DNA of 64,000 nt, from contig CM060732.1 of the NCBI GenBank assembly GCA_030704615.1, forward strand, positions 49,600,001 through 49,664,000, in the 5' to 3' direction. This stretch comes from Takakia lepidozioides (lineage: Eukaryota; Plantae; Bryophyta). Each line of letters opens with the position of its first letter. The first letter of the stretch is position 1. A model generated the notes under the pieces. The model did no database searches. It was not told where the DNA came from and saw nothing but the letters and a program-made list of their open reading frames with translations. Shown here in pieces: positions 1-12,283 of this stretch. Made by a program: the position numbers and the translations under genes.

Positions 1-3000
1 AGGCCTAGCCATTGGTATACACAAATCCATGCACTCACAAGAAACAACTACAAATGCCCGCATCCCCACGCACCTTAAAACTCACCTCCAAATTGTTGAG
101 ATTCACATCAGCCCTTATCCAAAACTACTTATCATTCATTTATATATGCCCTCACACCCGGACGATATAGCCCTTACCCCCGATATTCTACAACAAATTG
201 TGAGCTTTGTTAACAACCCACTCCACTCCTTATCCACAATCTTCCTCGCAGGTGACTTCAACAGAGACCTATCTATGCTGGGCAGATTACATGACGGTGT
301 ACACTTCCCTCCCTCTCCAAAAGACATAGAATGGACAACTTTTACCCAAACGCATGGATTCCAATACATCACTACAAACCAAACTTTCTCTAGGCAAGGA
401 GGACTAAACTATACCGCATAGCCTCATTGATGGGTACTACCTCAAAATGCCTAGAAATAATCCCACACAGCTGTACAGTACAATCCTGTATGATCCCATA
501 TATAACTCTGACCATTACCCAGTTATTCTCCGCATCCCCCGCATATAGTACCTATAGGTCCAGTCCTAAATGGCCCCTCGCTAGACACAAGGCCACGTAT
601 TCCCACTCCTATTCCCCCCTCCTCTATTCTGGCATTCCAAGCCAAGTTTCGATCCATTTCCGGTACAGTTATATCTGATTTTGAAACAATACTAGATCGA
701 TATTCAGCAAACCCCACCCTTCAAATTTGGGAAGACGCAAGCTCCAAGCTAGAACAAATATTCACTCAAATTACAGAATCCACGCTACATACATGCACAA
801 AGTTCCCTGCTCCAGTACAAACTGAACGATAAAAAATAAACGGAGGATATTTGACAAGAACACAACAGAGAAAATAGCAAGCACAATTAAATATCCACCA
901 CAAAATCCGCAAAGCTATTACAATCCTCTCATCTGACCCACGAGACCCCCAATGGAGAAATACCCCATCTATTATAGACCTAAACACAATAGTAGCTTGC
1001 AGCATAGATTTCCCGATACCCCGGAATGATGCAGACAACATACATGGCTCATATCTCTCTCCCGAATTGGTCGAGATGCAAAGAACAATGCTTATAATAT
1101 CACCAAACAACAATCCAAAGACAACCAGAAGAAATTTGTTCAATCATACTGTAAGATGCTACAAGACAAACCTCGCCTCATACATAAATCAATCTTCAAC
1201 CCTTCCCCCTCTTTTTCTTTAGATGCGATACGAGACATCGCATGAACTCTACACACCTCTCCACAGAGGTACCATACAAGGGGACACACTTAGCCCATAT
1301 CTTTTTATTGTCTTTCTAGAACCCCTACTTCGCTGGCTCGCTCGAGGTAACATAGGATACCAATACATTACGTCTCCCAATAACATCCCAGCAGCTGCCT
1401 ATGCAAATGATCTTGTACTGCTATCCAACAAATCCAGTCATCTCAATCGACAAGTGAAAAAACTAGAAAGATTCAATAAATGGGCAGCAATGGAACTAAG
1501 TTTACATAAATGTGCTATCACAGCGATCAGCCATCATACCAAACACAACACACAAGCCCTCTCAAGAATACTAAATAACACGGTGCTATATAATACCCAA
1601 CCCTTCCCATATTCGGACCAAGACGACCCATACACATATTTGTGTATACAATTGACACCATCTCTTAAGTGGAGTGCTCAAAAAGACATAACCCAGAAAA
1701 AACTCCTCTCACAAGCATCTGCTTTATTGAACTCGCCAGCCACAATGCGTCAGAAATTATTTATTCTCGACACAGTACTCAGAACTTCTATAGAATATCC
1801 TTTTCATGCAGCACCATTCTCTATCCCGGACATAAACGCACTGGATAGAATCATTATACGCTTATCGAAACAAATATGTGGACTCCCAAATAGCACCCCC
1901 AATGCACTAGTGTAGTTACCCAGGAGCCTCTATGGTATCGGTACTACAATTTAGCTGAGGCCTACGCTAAAACGTTGGGAACGCAGCTGCAGGAAGCTCT
2001 AAACAATATTGTAAACTGGGGAATATTTATCAAGGACTCCTTAAGCATGTCGCCTCGAAATTTGGTGGCTTAGCAAATTTACCGGCTATCAACCCCATTG
2101 CATGCACCCACTCCCCTATCACCAGGACCCTCTTCATACTCAAACATATGCACATTACTCTGGACACTACTATGCCCACAATCCAACTTTATTACACATC
2201 CCTAGAAAATGCTTGGGACACAAGCCCACAAAATTCATCTCTTCAATCCATACAACATACCTCGTAAACAAACCATTCTAAAATTCTTTATGCAATTTAA
2301 CATCACCACAGTCAGACAACTTACAGATGCTAATGGCACCAGACTTATTGACCCACATGCTTTTCGACTAAAATACCCTAAACCATCATCGCGCTCCCAA
2401 CATGTTCATTTGCAACACCTCCAAACACTATGTTTTCCCACTCCTGCTTGTCTAACCCACACATGTCCAAGACAATGTAACTCTTCGCCCCATCACCCAT
2501 GGGAGCTACTCCCTTGCTATTCATCAAGCCCGATGCAAAACCAAATCCAATCACTATTCCATGGCTTCATCCTAAACCCAACAAGCGTCCACCCCACACA
2601 ACCCGCTCAAACACCCCAACCACAACCCCCACAACCAAATACTATATTGTCCCCACTTACTATTCAACCCACAGGACACCCCGTAACACTCGCCCACACA
2701 TTAGTGGAAATACAAGGCGTAAACCTTGTCTAGCAAGACTATGCCCAGATATTTTGCTAGTCCAGGGATTTTCTATTCAGGAATTGCCGCCGACAGAACC
2801 GCTTCCATCTCTCAAAATACATTTTTTGGAATTTGCATTCTGCCATGATCGAAATCCAGATCAATCAATTATGTACAAACATGAAAAATATGACCCAATC
2901 ATACATGCCCTCCGTCACAGAGGCTGGAACACATCACCTCTGACCGTCATCACTGCGGGTGTCAGGGGCGGTGCTCATACCCATAATATCCAAGGTTTAA

Positions 3001-3134
3001 AAGATAATCTTAACCTACCACCCAAATACACTACACCTCTACTACGAGCCTTGCATTTCACGACTATTTCATCACTCACATCCTTAATCCTCAATAAACG
3101 TAAGATTGAAAGTGGCCAGCTAGCCACTGTGTGA
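1..3134 (+). mobile_element. Degenerate non-LTR retrotransposon with APE endonuclease, RT and C-terminal restriction-like endonuclease (Dualen/RandI-like); 5' end may lie outside the window
   Basis: APE motifs IHLYMPSH, LAGDFN (29-421) and YNSDHYPV (~500-525). RT motifs RGTIQGDTLSPYLF and AYANDL (degenerate YADD) in 1223-1915. RLE motifs PDILLVQG...FLEFAFC.D...KHEKY..I...L...GW...ITAGVRG in ~2735-3134. Multiple stops, frameshifts and internal deletions (~1240, ~2730). Confidence 0.8.
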
Positions 3135-3151
3135 CAGGTTACGGTTTGGAT

Positions 3152-3224
3152 AGAGCCCACCCCTGAAAGGTGGCAGTACCCGCAAGGGGAAGAGGCTCTT
3201 AATTACGCTAGCTTCGGTTGGCGT
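3152..3224 (+). other. Structured 3' UTR RNA element of the LINE: multi-branch junction plus cUUCGg hairpin
   Basis: agagcc(3152-57)/ggctct(3194-99) encloses a cacc/ggtg hairpin and AGTA-ccc-GCAA-ggg-GAA. It is followed by acgctagc-TTCG-gttggcgt (3205-3224). Confidence 0.6.
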
Positions 3225-3292
3225 CATATATATACATTTTTATATTTTTACTTTTTTCTAGCATTTTTGTGTATGTGTGTAAAACTACACAC

Positions 3293-3380
3293 GAGGGCTC
3301 TGGCATGGTGGTACGCCACTCATGTATTGGCCTGTGGGTCTCGGGTTCAAAAGTTCAACCCCTACCATCTATCTCTCTGC
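3293..3380 (+). mobile_element. tRNA-derived SINE-like element
   Basis: Box A-like TGGCATGGTGG and box B-like GGTTCAA..CC. The segment ggcctgtgggtctnggGTTCAA..ccc.accatc recurs inverted at 36255-36316. Confidence 0.5.
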
Positions 3381-3629
3381 CTTCAGGCTGCCCCTGTAAT
3401 ACTCTAAGTTTATAACCATTGTTTTAGCCAAATGCTCAACTAATTAATTTCCTATTTATTTGGGCATTCTCAATGTTGTGCACCTAATCTCCTCAACCAT
3501 TGTAAACGTATTGTTACTAGTAAGACATAATCAGGATATGTCCATATGCAATAATCTTAACTGCCATCACCAACCCCTATACCTATATTATCTAGAACCG
3601 CCTCTACGTGCACATTTGCTCCGGATCCT

Positions 3630-4650
3630 GCTCCGGGTATAACACCCTTACAATCCCGATGCCGGTTCTCTAGCCGGTTAGGATGCTCGATGGCTTTTGC
3701 CGGTTCCCTTCCATAGCCGGTTCCTCCCGGGGCTGCACTCTCCGGGTATGCATATGTGCATAACCGGCAAATAACCGCCGGGTATGCATGTGCACATGCC
3801 ATACCCGGCCAACACTGGTCCATACCTTATGGTTGCCCTCGGGCCTCAGGGTTTTACTTTTTTCCCTCAATAAGTTAAATAAAGTGCTGAAGGGCTACCT
3901 CCCCCTTTCTCAAAAAAAAAGAAAAAAGAAAAAAGAAAATAAAAAGAAGGGTATATGTTTAAAATGAAGGGTATATCTAATCAGGGTATATAAGGTAACA
4001 TAGCCACGGCAGTAGATTCGAGGTGACATTTAGCGTGGAGGTACTTTTAGGGAATCTCACCCATCTAGCAAAATCTAGTAGTTTTTTTCCTATGCTGAAT
4101 AAGGGAGGGATTTTTTTGGACATAAGACTAGTGCCCTACGACCTTTGTGCTAGGTCTTCTCTCTTTTCATTGTGTTGTTAGGGACTCACCTTCAGCTGTA
4201 GAATTAAGCTCCAATCAGAGCTGAAAAAATGTTATATATCTATCCTTCCTAAAATGCCATATAACCCAAAGAAAACCTCCTCAGATCCTACATATATTTT
4301 TTGAATCTCAAGCCTCCTTCCTCTCGCATTGGGAATGAAAGCCAAAATATTATGCTCAATTTTCTCTTTTACCATAGATTGTTTCTTTTGTTTTGTATGG
4401 GAAAACATCACAATTTTAAAAACCATTAAATTGTATATTGATTTAAATGATATCCATACCCAGAAACTATCCATACCCTCAGGGTATATTTCTTCATATA
4501 TATCCTTATCCGGGGGGTTATATAGAAATCTGAAAGGTTAATTTACCCATACCCGGAGGGTAAGTAAATTTTTGAGATCTCAATTTATCCATACCCGGAG
4601 GATAAATAATTTGACAAAAATAATATATACCCAATCAATATACCCGCCCA
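3630..4650. repeat. Probable non-autonomous DNA transposon remnant with oriented GGGTAT/ATACCC subterminal motifs
   Basis: GGGTAT copies cluster at 3630-3990 and ATACCC copies at 4450-4650. Termini and TSD not resolved. Confidence 0.35.
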
Positions 4651-6019
4651 ATTGACTGAACATATGCACATTATGTGCGGTCAAGTTCTCAAAAAAGTCA
4701 AATTTCTAAAAGTTACACCATTTTTTCATGGCAGGGGTCCTAGTTTTTGAAAAACCCAACTATGGCACTGTGTTTAAGTGTTAATCATTAATGTATCATG
4801 CCCATAGGACCATATTGCCTTCCTCATTGGGTATGTCTACTATGGTTGTGTCACCCTATCTTGTGTAACTCCTCTTTGTACGTTTTATAGTCTGTAAATT
4901 CACTGGACGTTAACAAACTTTATTGTACTTACGCTTTGTACTTGGCCAAATTTTGACTTGGTCAAATTTCAAGACCAAGTGGGAGTTACACAGAGTGAAG
5001 TGAACACTCCCTTTGGTGTGATCCTGGTTGGAGTGACACTCTTTTCCATTGAAATATGGAATATATAGTCACCAGTAGGACAACTTGGTTGCCCAACACT
5101 TGCATTCAAACTCAGGATGTGGAGAGCTCGAGAACCCACCTGCCCAACTGATTTATATCATGAAGACTATCACCTGCTAGAAATCGGGCAGTTGTTGTGC
5201 TTGCAATCCATCCCGCTCATGCGCCGCAACAAGGTCGGTATGCCCAACTTCAGCTCTGTTTCAACTTCAGCTCTGTTTTTCCCTCTTGTCTTCTCCCCAT
5301 CTCCCTGCTCTCATTCTCTTCTTGTTGCTTTCTTGTTTTTTTTCCCCTTTTTTTTCTTGGGTTGTTGTTTGAGTGTTCAGGGGTGGGTGGCTGCACGGCA
5401 GGGAGCGAGCAAGTCACCGCAGCAACAAGCAACAAGCCGTCCCCGCCGCAGCAGGTAGGCCTCCCTCTCTTGCTTGTGGGACTGTAGCTCGGTTGCCCGC
5501 TTGGTATGCGTGCATTCAATGCAGTAGGTAGTCTGATTGTATGGTCTGTCACGCATTCTGATTTTACGCGAGTGTTCTGGAGACGATGATTTCGGAGGTG
5601 TGTGATGGGTAGAGATCTTACGCTAGAGAGCGCCCATTTGTGGAAGTGGAACCTGCTCTGGCATCAATACCCGCCTCTCTTGGTAAACATGAATGGGTCC
5701 ACAATCATTAGATTTTCCTGACTGCCAGAACTTCTTTCAGTCTCATAGAGAGATGAATTGGCGAAGGTTTTTGGGACCCATGGCTCCCTCTGTCATGGGC
5801 ACCTATGCGATTGGGCTAGATTCGTCCAACTGTATACTGACAGCTTGGCTAAGAAGGTATTGATGTGGTTGCTTCATATATTCTGGACATTCTGAGCAGC
5901 CCTGTTCTGGTCTTTAGAGGGCTTATTAGATGCCCATTGCATGAGGAATTAAATGTTCAGTTGTGACCCTCACTCTCACTGTTGTGAGTAATTATGTCCT
6001 TAAAGCATCACATGTTGGC

Positions 6020-6645
6020 TCATGGATGAGGCCCTCTCAATGTCATGTCGACAGTAGTAAGCCCTTCAGCATTATGCTATGATTGATTTCAGAAAGATGT
6101 CTGGAATTGCAAGTTTTTGTACTACTGTGGTGTTAAGTGCTAATGTTGTCATGATGTGCTCTCTGCAATTGCAGGTGGGATCCAAGGGCTTCTCAGACTT
6201 ATCAGGATTCAAAAGCACCAATTGTGCTGTCTTTGGCAAAAGGGCTGATGACTTGGCTATCAGAGTGGCTGCGGTATGTTTGACCATTCCCAGTCAACTA
6301 CCTGGAACTTTAAAAAGTTTCTTCACTAATCCTCTTCTTGTAGTGCAAAATTGTTGACCAACGGGGGGCAGGTTTCACGGTGAGACTGGTAGGAATCAAA
6401 GGACTGACGCGAATGACTTCTGTGTAGCAGGTAGCAAATGCCGGACAGAGGAAGGCTGTTGTAGAGGCAATCAATGGCTTTGGCCGAACTTCATCAGGAG
6501 CTGGCATGGGAGAAAGGACTCTCCCCCGGAGGTTGTTGTCATCAATGACACTGGTGGTGTTAAGCAGCCATCTCACTTGCTCAAGTATGACTCCATGCTT
6601 GGAATATTCAACGCTGATGTGAAGGTCGCATGGGATGATGCCAAG
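6020..6645 (+). pseudogene. GAPA: Truncated, intron-retaining chloroplast GAPDH subunit A pseudogene fragment
   Basis: GSKGFSDLSGFKS transit-peptide segment, GT..AG intron ~6274-6430, then [52 protein letters not shown]. Has deletions and a frameshift and ends abruptly. Confidence 0.85.
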
Positions 6646-9600
6646 AGTGAACAGAATCCAAAAACTCTTTCAAATCTGTTCAGAACTAGTAGTCACATTT
6701 TCTTTCTAGTTTGGTGAGCCCATAAATGCCTGTTGAGCTTCGTCAATCTCTTGGTCCTGTGTCTCTCTCAGAGCAGCGGGATTGTTGCTCCATTTCACTC
6801 TGCTGGAGCTTCCTGTTTTCAGTCGGATTTTTGGCAAGTTCATCAGACAAGTATGCAATTGTCCTCCTCTTCTCCTGAGCAACTCTTGGAGCTTAGAAGT
6901 CTCCCTTGTATTCAATTCCACCTCCCTTTCTTTGACCTGTTTGAAGATGTGGATCTCAGCTGCCAGTTGCATAAGTGCATTCAAGCCTTTGGTTGTCCTT
7001 CCTTAAACACCTCAACCCTTAAGGCAGGAGATTGCTCCAGAGCAGCTGCTCCCTTCCCATTCACAAAGTAAAAAGGCGCACCCCCATGAGTAGCTGCCTC
7101 TGAAGAGCTTCCCTGTCCTTGACCCATCTGTCTTAGCTGCTTGCAGATCTGTACCTGCCAGTGCCTCGTCATCTACTTCCTGAATTTGGAAGTCCCTTTT
7201 TACAACCTCCAAGGCCTTCCTTTCAAATACACCTGCTGGGGTGTCTTCAGTACAGGATCGTAGCACCTGTTCTTGTTGCAGCTGTGGTTGAGTTGGCCCA
7301 TCCCCTTGTTCTCCCTCTTCTTCAACTTTCTTGTCCATTACCAATCTCTCACTTGATGAAATAGTGGTCTCTGGTGACACTCCTGGGTCTCTGATGGGTT
7401 CAACTCTGTACACATTTCCTTCTCTCATTTCTAACTGAGGTTGGCCTCTTTCAGACCCTGAAGTTCCACCAAAGGTTATCAAAGAACGCCATTGTTTCTC
7501 CCTTGCCAGCTTTGATGTTCTCACTAAAGCCCCTTTCTTATGCTCTGAGAGAGATTGAATCAAATTGGCAGTCCCTGGAGCTCCTGTCCGTCAAAATCTC
7601 CACATGCACAAGGTCTTTTCCTTGCTTCCATCTCCCTAGATCTGCCAGCATCGTGTCAGAGACTTCCTGACTCCAGTTGACAAACTCACCCTTCCTCAGC
7701 TCAACATAGGCTGCAAATGCCAGCTTCCAAGATACCATGCTTCTTGCCACAGGTCTTAGCAAGTCAAGAATATGTACGACAGACAAGCAGTACCTGATCC
7801 ATGGCCATGTTGTCGATGGCATACACCACTTGTGGAGTGGAACCTCTCTTAAGAACCTGTATCAGACATGCCACTCTTTTAGCCTATGCCACTCCCTTCG
7901 ATTACCACAAACCAATGATTCAAGTTCCATTTTCCTTCATGTTGTATTTATTGTGAATCAGATGTGTGATGTTTTCAGAGCCATGAAAAGAAAGATTGGT
8001 AGAGAGGATGCAAGACAGGCAGCTCCCTTGCTAAGTTTAGAGTTTTTGAAGGCGGGGTTCTTGGCATGATAGACATTTGATCTCGTGGTTTTTCTCAGCA
8101 TGACCTGCACAACAGAATGGGTCCTTTGGCTTCCAGAAAGAAGTCGTCTCAAGCGTTACCATATGGGAAAGATTTGTTTCAAACTGTCAAGGTTCAGATA
8201 TGCAAATAGACACATACATCCTGTTTCATAACTCGCATCAGAGAATTGAAGCTGGAGGCTCCTTTCACCAGCAACTTTTTACTCTGAAAATAGTTGTTCT
8301 GCAGGCACATCCAAGAAGCCTCATGAGCTATGCCCATTCCATCTTCCACCCCATGCCCAGATTTGGTTGTCTACGGGATTTTCTATGCTGCTGATTGATT
8401 CCTGTCAGGCCCTGAGCTGAAAGCCAAGCAAACCCATGGCTAATTCCTGACAGATTGCACGCACTCTGGACCCACCAGAGGTGTCACCGGACAGGCCAGT
8501 GACTGCTACCAATGCTTGAAGAGACTGCTGCATGATTGTTCCAGCCGATAACAGAGTAGACATTGAAAATCCAAGCATTAAAGCAAAAGGAAAGGCAGTG
8601 ATTATTTTCTCTCTGAGTAGTCGAAGTTTTCTATTTCTGATGTAGCAAAAATCAGGGAGGGCGGCAAAGTAAGCTCGCTAAGTTCTGATAGAAGCTGGCT
8701 CCTTCAGGAAGGGAATTTGTGGCTGAAGTAAAGTGGGACATGCACCTGAAATTACACCAGGCATTTGTGGGGCAATACGTTATTACTGACCTCCTTCTTC
8801 CCTGCAGCTGCTTCTTCGCAGTCGAGGAGCTCCAGCCCGCCATAGCCGCGCAGGGGTTTTGGTGATGTATTTAGCCAAACGTTTTTTTCTTGTTGAGTCT
8901 TTCTGGTATCCTGAGGTTCACGAATTGGTTAAACCTTCCGGGCTGAAGGTCGATCAAATTGAGGCCTTAGTGAAACTGCGATACTGTGCTGGGTGAGGTG
9001 CTCCATAATACAAAGAGAAGACGAGGACTTGATTTTACGGAAACCAAATCTGCATTTTGAGATTCCTACCATGAAGTTTCCATTTTGTATTCTGCTTGAG
9101 CATGCAATGCCTGTTACAGAGAGCATCTTGCTGTAATCACCTCTCCAGCCGCTTTATCCAAAGGTTCTGTCAGCATCCTTGATGGAAACCTTCTTATTTT
9201 CTTTTAGAGTTGGTCTAAGATGCCTGATAAATCTGCTTGTCAGGTGACCATTTGAGCCCAAGGTCCTTTCCCTCAAGCTGCATTACCCCCGGTTTGTGCG
9301 TCACAGCCCCAGGTACAACCCTCTCTGTCAAGGATAGGATAATGGAGTTTTGTAGCAGGGTGTAGAATAGGTCTCCAAGTGCAATTGGTTTCAAATCATG
9401 AATACCTTTGTACTTGGGTCTTTTTATAAAGCTATGCAGGTTTCTCTTGTACTGTCTCATCTCAAAACATTGCCCTGTCATTGCTGGAAGGGCTGTGGAA
9501 GCAGTACTCCACCTTGGGGGCAGGTTACTATGCTCAAAAGAAACCACAGTCACAGCATGGGAGAGAGATTTTCATGCAATGTGACTACCTAATATCGCTA

Positions 9601-10543
9601 TGGAAAATGTGCAGGTGAGGTGACATCTCCCAAGACAAGATTGACTTGTTGCTAACAAGTTGCTGGTACAATGTTATGGAAGGTTTTTGCTCCGGACACT
9701 CGCCAAAAGATAAACGATCCAATTCAGTTTGACATTTGAGATTTTCAGGAGTGAAAGAAACATGAAATATATTGAAATTTTGAGGTTGCAAAGCAGCATT
9801 GGAATAATCTACTAGGTTCCAACATTTGTGTGGCGGTAGCCCTTGATTGGCCATTGGTGAATGGCTTCCAGCTAGAGCAGACTGTCTGGAGAGCTGCTCA
9901 GTCTTTGTAAGGTAGGAAGTGGAGTATGGATGGTGCTGAGGGTAGGGACTTGCCACTATGAATTATCCTGCAATAACAGAAGATCTTTGAAGTTGTCCGA
10001 TAGTAGAAAACCCGGCTCAAGACTGGCTCCTTATCTGTTCGGTGATGTTTTGTTGCCTTCTAAGCCAAAGATTTTCGACCTTGGGAAAGATTGTAAATGA
10101 TAACCAGATTGCTCTTTGCATTTGGCAGGCCAGCAATTTCAAGGCCAAGGGTCATCAGTCTCCGCAGGTCCAATGCTAGGGGGTTCCCCTACTAAAGCCC
10201 ATTCGTCAGTTGCCAAATTCTCAGCAGCTGCACAATTAGCAGGCTTGGATCCGACTGATGACATTGAGGCACTTCTTTGTGACAATTGCCGATGCTTTCT
10301 TTCTCTGAATCCAACTGCCTTGTGGGTGAGAAAGATTGTCATCATTTGTGAAGTTGGTTTAGTATAGAGGTTAGAAAATGGAGATCTGCAGACAGGAAAA
10401 AATACATGGGACATGTCTCAGTCATTCACTAGTCATAGCTGCGACTTCGGCATCTGCCAGTGTGGCATCACAGCCCAGCAGGTGATGGCCACAAGAGGTC
10501 AGTCGACAAGCCTTGAATCATATGCCCTAAGGGCGATGAAGGC

Positions 10544-11056
10544 CTATTCTTGCTTCTTGTCCCGAGAGACACGAGCTCGATGCTTGAGCTCCGCTCTCTT
10601 CCATTTCACAAGCAGGCTAGTCAAAGTGAACAAGCTGTTGACAAGAATTAGGGTAGACACCAACAGCAAGGGGCCCGACCACACGGTGGACAGGAAAACA
10701 CCCTGGGAATCAACATAGGGCTGTCGCGCAAAGCTCTTCCAATGCCGGTTCAGGTATGTGTTCAATCTCTCTGCATAGTACACACACAAAAGCACAGAAA
10801 AGAAGAGAGTCATGTGCACATTGCTGTGCTTCCTGCTGGCCACGGCCACTGCGAGCATCACAACATGGAAGACCATCAGACCTATCAACCACGGCTCTGT
10901 CCAATCAACTGCATGAACAAATCCAAGGATAGGGTCCAGAAAGCTGCCGCCTCCCGCTGTGAAATCCTGAAATTGCCTGCGCAGATCGCCTGTCACTCCC
11001 TCCACAATCGACGCCATCTCGTCCATTGCTGCTGCTGCTGCTGCTGCGATTTCCAT
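10544..11056 (-). CDS. TMEM18: Transmembrane protein 18 homolog, single exon (ATG 11056; ORF open to GTG 11152)
   Basis: FVHAVDWTEPWLIGL..FH...YYAERLN...HWKSFARQPY.DSQGVF.S..WSGPLL...KWKRAELK is the TMEM18 signature. Confidence 0.9.
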   Translation of the reverse strand: MEIAAAAAAAMDEMASIVEGVTGDLRRQFQDFTAGGGSFLDPILGFVHAVDWTEPWLIGLMVFHVVMLAVAVASRKHSNVHMTLFFSVLLCVYYAERLNTYLNRHWKSFARQPYVDSQGVFLSTVWSGPLLLVSTLILVNSLFTLTSLLVKWKRAELKHRARVSRDKKQE

Positions 11057-11336
11057 CCTTGCAGCTTCAATCAACCCAACCCGCAGAGTGGAGTGCAGAT
11101 CGTCAGCGAAGCGAGATCCGAGTGTAAACGTGGGTCCTGTCGTCCTGTCCACTCCGTGTGTCTGTCTCTGTCTCTGGACAGTTGCAAGACATGTACGTAT
11201 ATTTCCAGGTGGTGTACATGGAGCTCAAAAATACATACCTGCGGTATTTTTACGCAGCTAAATTCACGCCGGGTAGAAAGGAGGAAGCCCTGCGCTTCGG
11301 AATTTGTCCCGGGCTACGGAATACTCGTCCCGCGGT

Positions 11337-11571
11337 ATGGAATCTTTAGCCCAGACTACAGAATCTTAAGCCCAACGGAATCTTGTCCTGGGCTTTGCCA
11401 TGCGGGCGGAAACTTGGGCTATGGAATCTTTAGCCCAGACTACAGAATCTTAAGCCCAACGGAATCTTGTCCTGGGCTTTGCCATGCGGACGGAAACTTG
11501 GGCTATGGAATCTTTAGCCCAGACTACAGAATCTTAAGCCCAACGGAATCTTGTCCTGGGCTTTGCCATGC
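11337..11571 (+). repeat. 84-bp tandem repeat (~2.8 near-identical copies) built of ~21-bp GGAATCTT subunits; diverged copies at 11865-11970
   Basis: atggaatctttagcccagactacagaatcttaagccc... starts at 11337, 11421 and 11505. Confidence 0.95.
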
Positions 11572-12283
11572 CCGGGGGGCTTTTCTATACCTGCTGCTTA
11601 GCATTTTTTTCTCATTTATCAAAAGTAGCGCGAGCGGCCACCTGTGTATTCTACCATGCGCCACAGGTGGCCAGAAAAACGAGCTGGCACCTGTAAACAG
11701 ATCACTATATGACAGGTGGCACGTTCTAACAGGGCCACGATGGCAATCAGACGGATTTCTGGCGGTTGGGCGAAGAACTGGAAAAAAACCCCTTCATTTT
11801 GCTTTAGTGAGGTAGGAGCCCAATAAAAAGGGAGTCTTTTGACAAAAATTCGCTGCCTTTTGGGCTTTGGAGTCTTATCCCGGGTCACAGAATCTTTGTT
11901 CTGGGATGTGGAGTCTTTAACCCAGATTATGGAATCTTACACCCGACAGAATCTTGTCCTGGGCTTTGCTGTTTTGGCCTTTTTGGGCTTCCTTAGATGC
12001 ATGCATTGGGGACATACACACCCACACACAAAAGAAAGATGACTGCTTCCGGAGGAAGCATACATTATAGTGCACAAAGGGCTATTGAGTTGTACACTTT
12101 GAACCCTAGATCACCTCGGTTACGCACTAACACAAGTACCCAACCAGTACCTAGTACCTAGCTACCCCATCTAAAGCTTCACTAAATGCAAACAGTGCAA
12201 TTCTTGTTAGAGAGGAATCCATGTTATGAATAAGTGTGAAGAAACTGTGTTGTAGGATGGAGAGCTTGAAGCAGTGAGAGAGT

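Noticed and set aside
3153-3198. Hammerhead or HDV ribozyme at the LINE 3' end, or an rRNA fragment
   Set aside because: There is no CUGANGA core or HDV pseudoknot, and the resemblance to rRNA is limited to the AGUA..GAA module.
4745-5090. Degenerate inverted repeats (gtgtaactcc/ggagttacac)
   Set aside because: Possibly an old MITE, but termini and TSD cannot be defined.
11337-11571. CRISPR-like array
   Set aside because: Units are identical end to end with no unique spacers, the context is eukaryotic and there are no cas genes.
10742-11815. 357-aa plus-strand ORF with poly-Cys and 28-aa repeats
   Set aside because: It is the antisense shadow of TMEM18 (poly-Ala codons) running into the 84-bp minisatellite.
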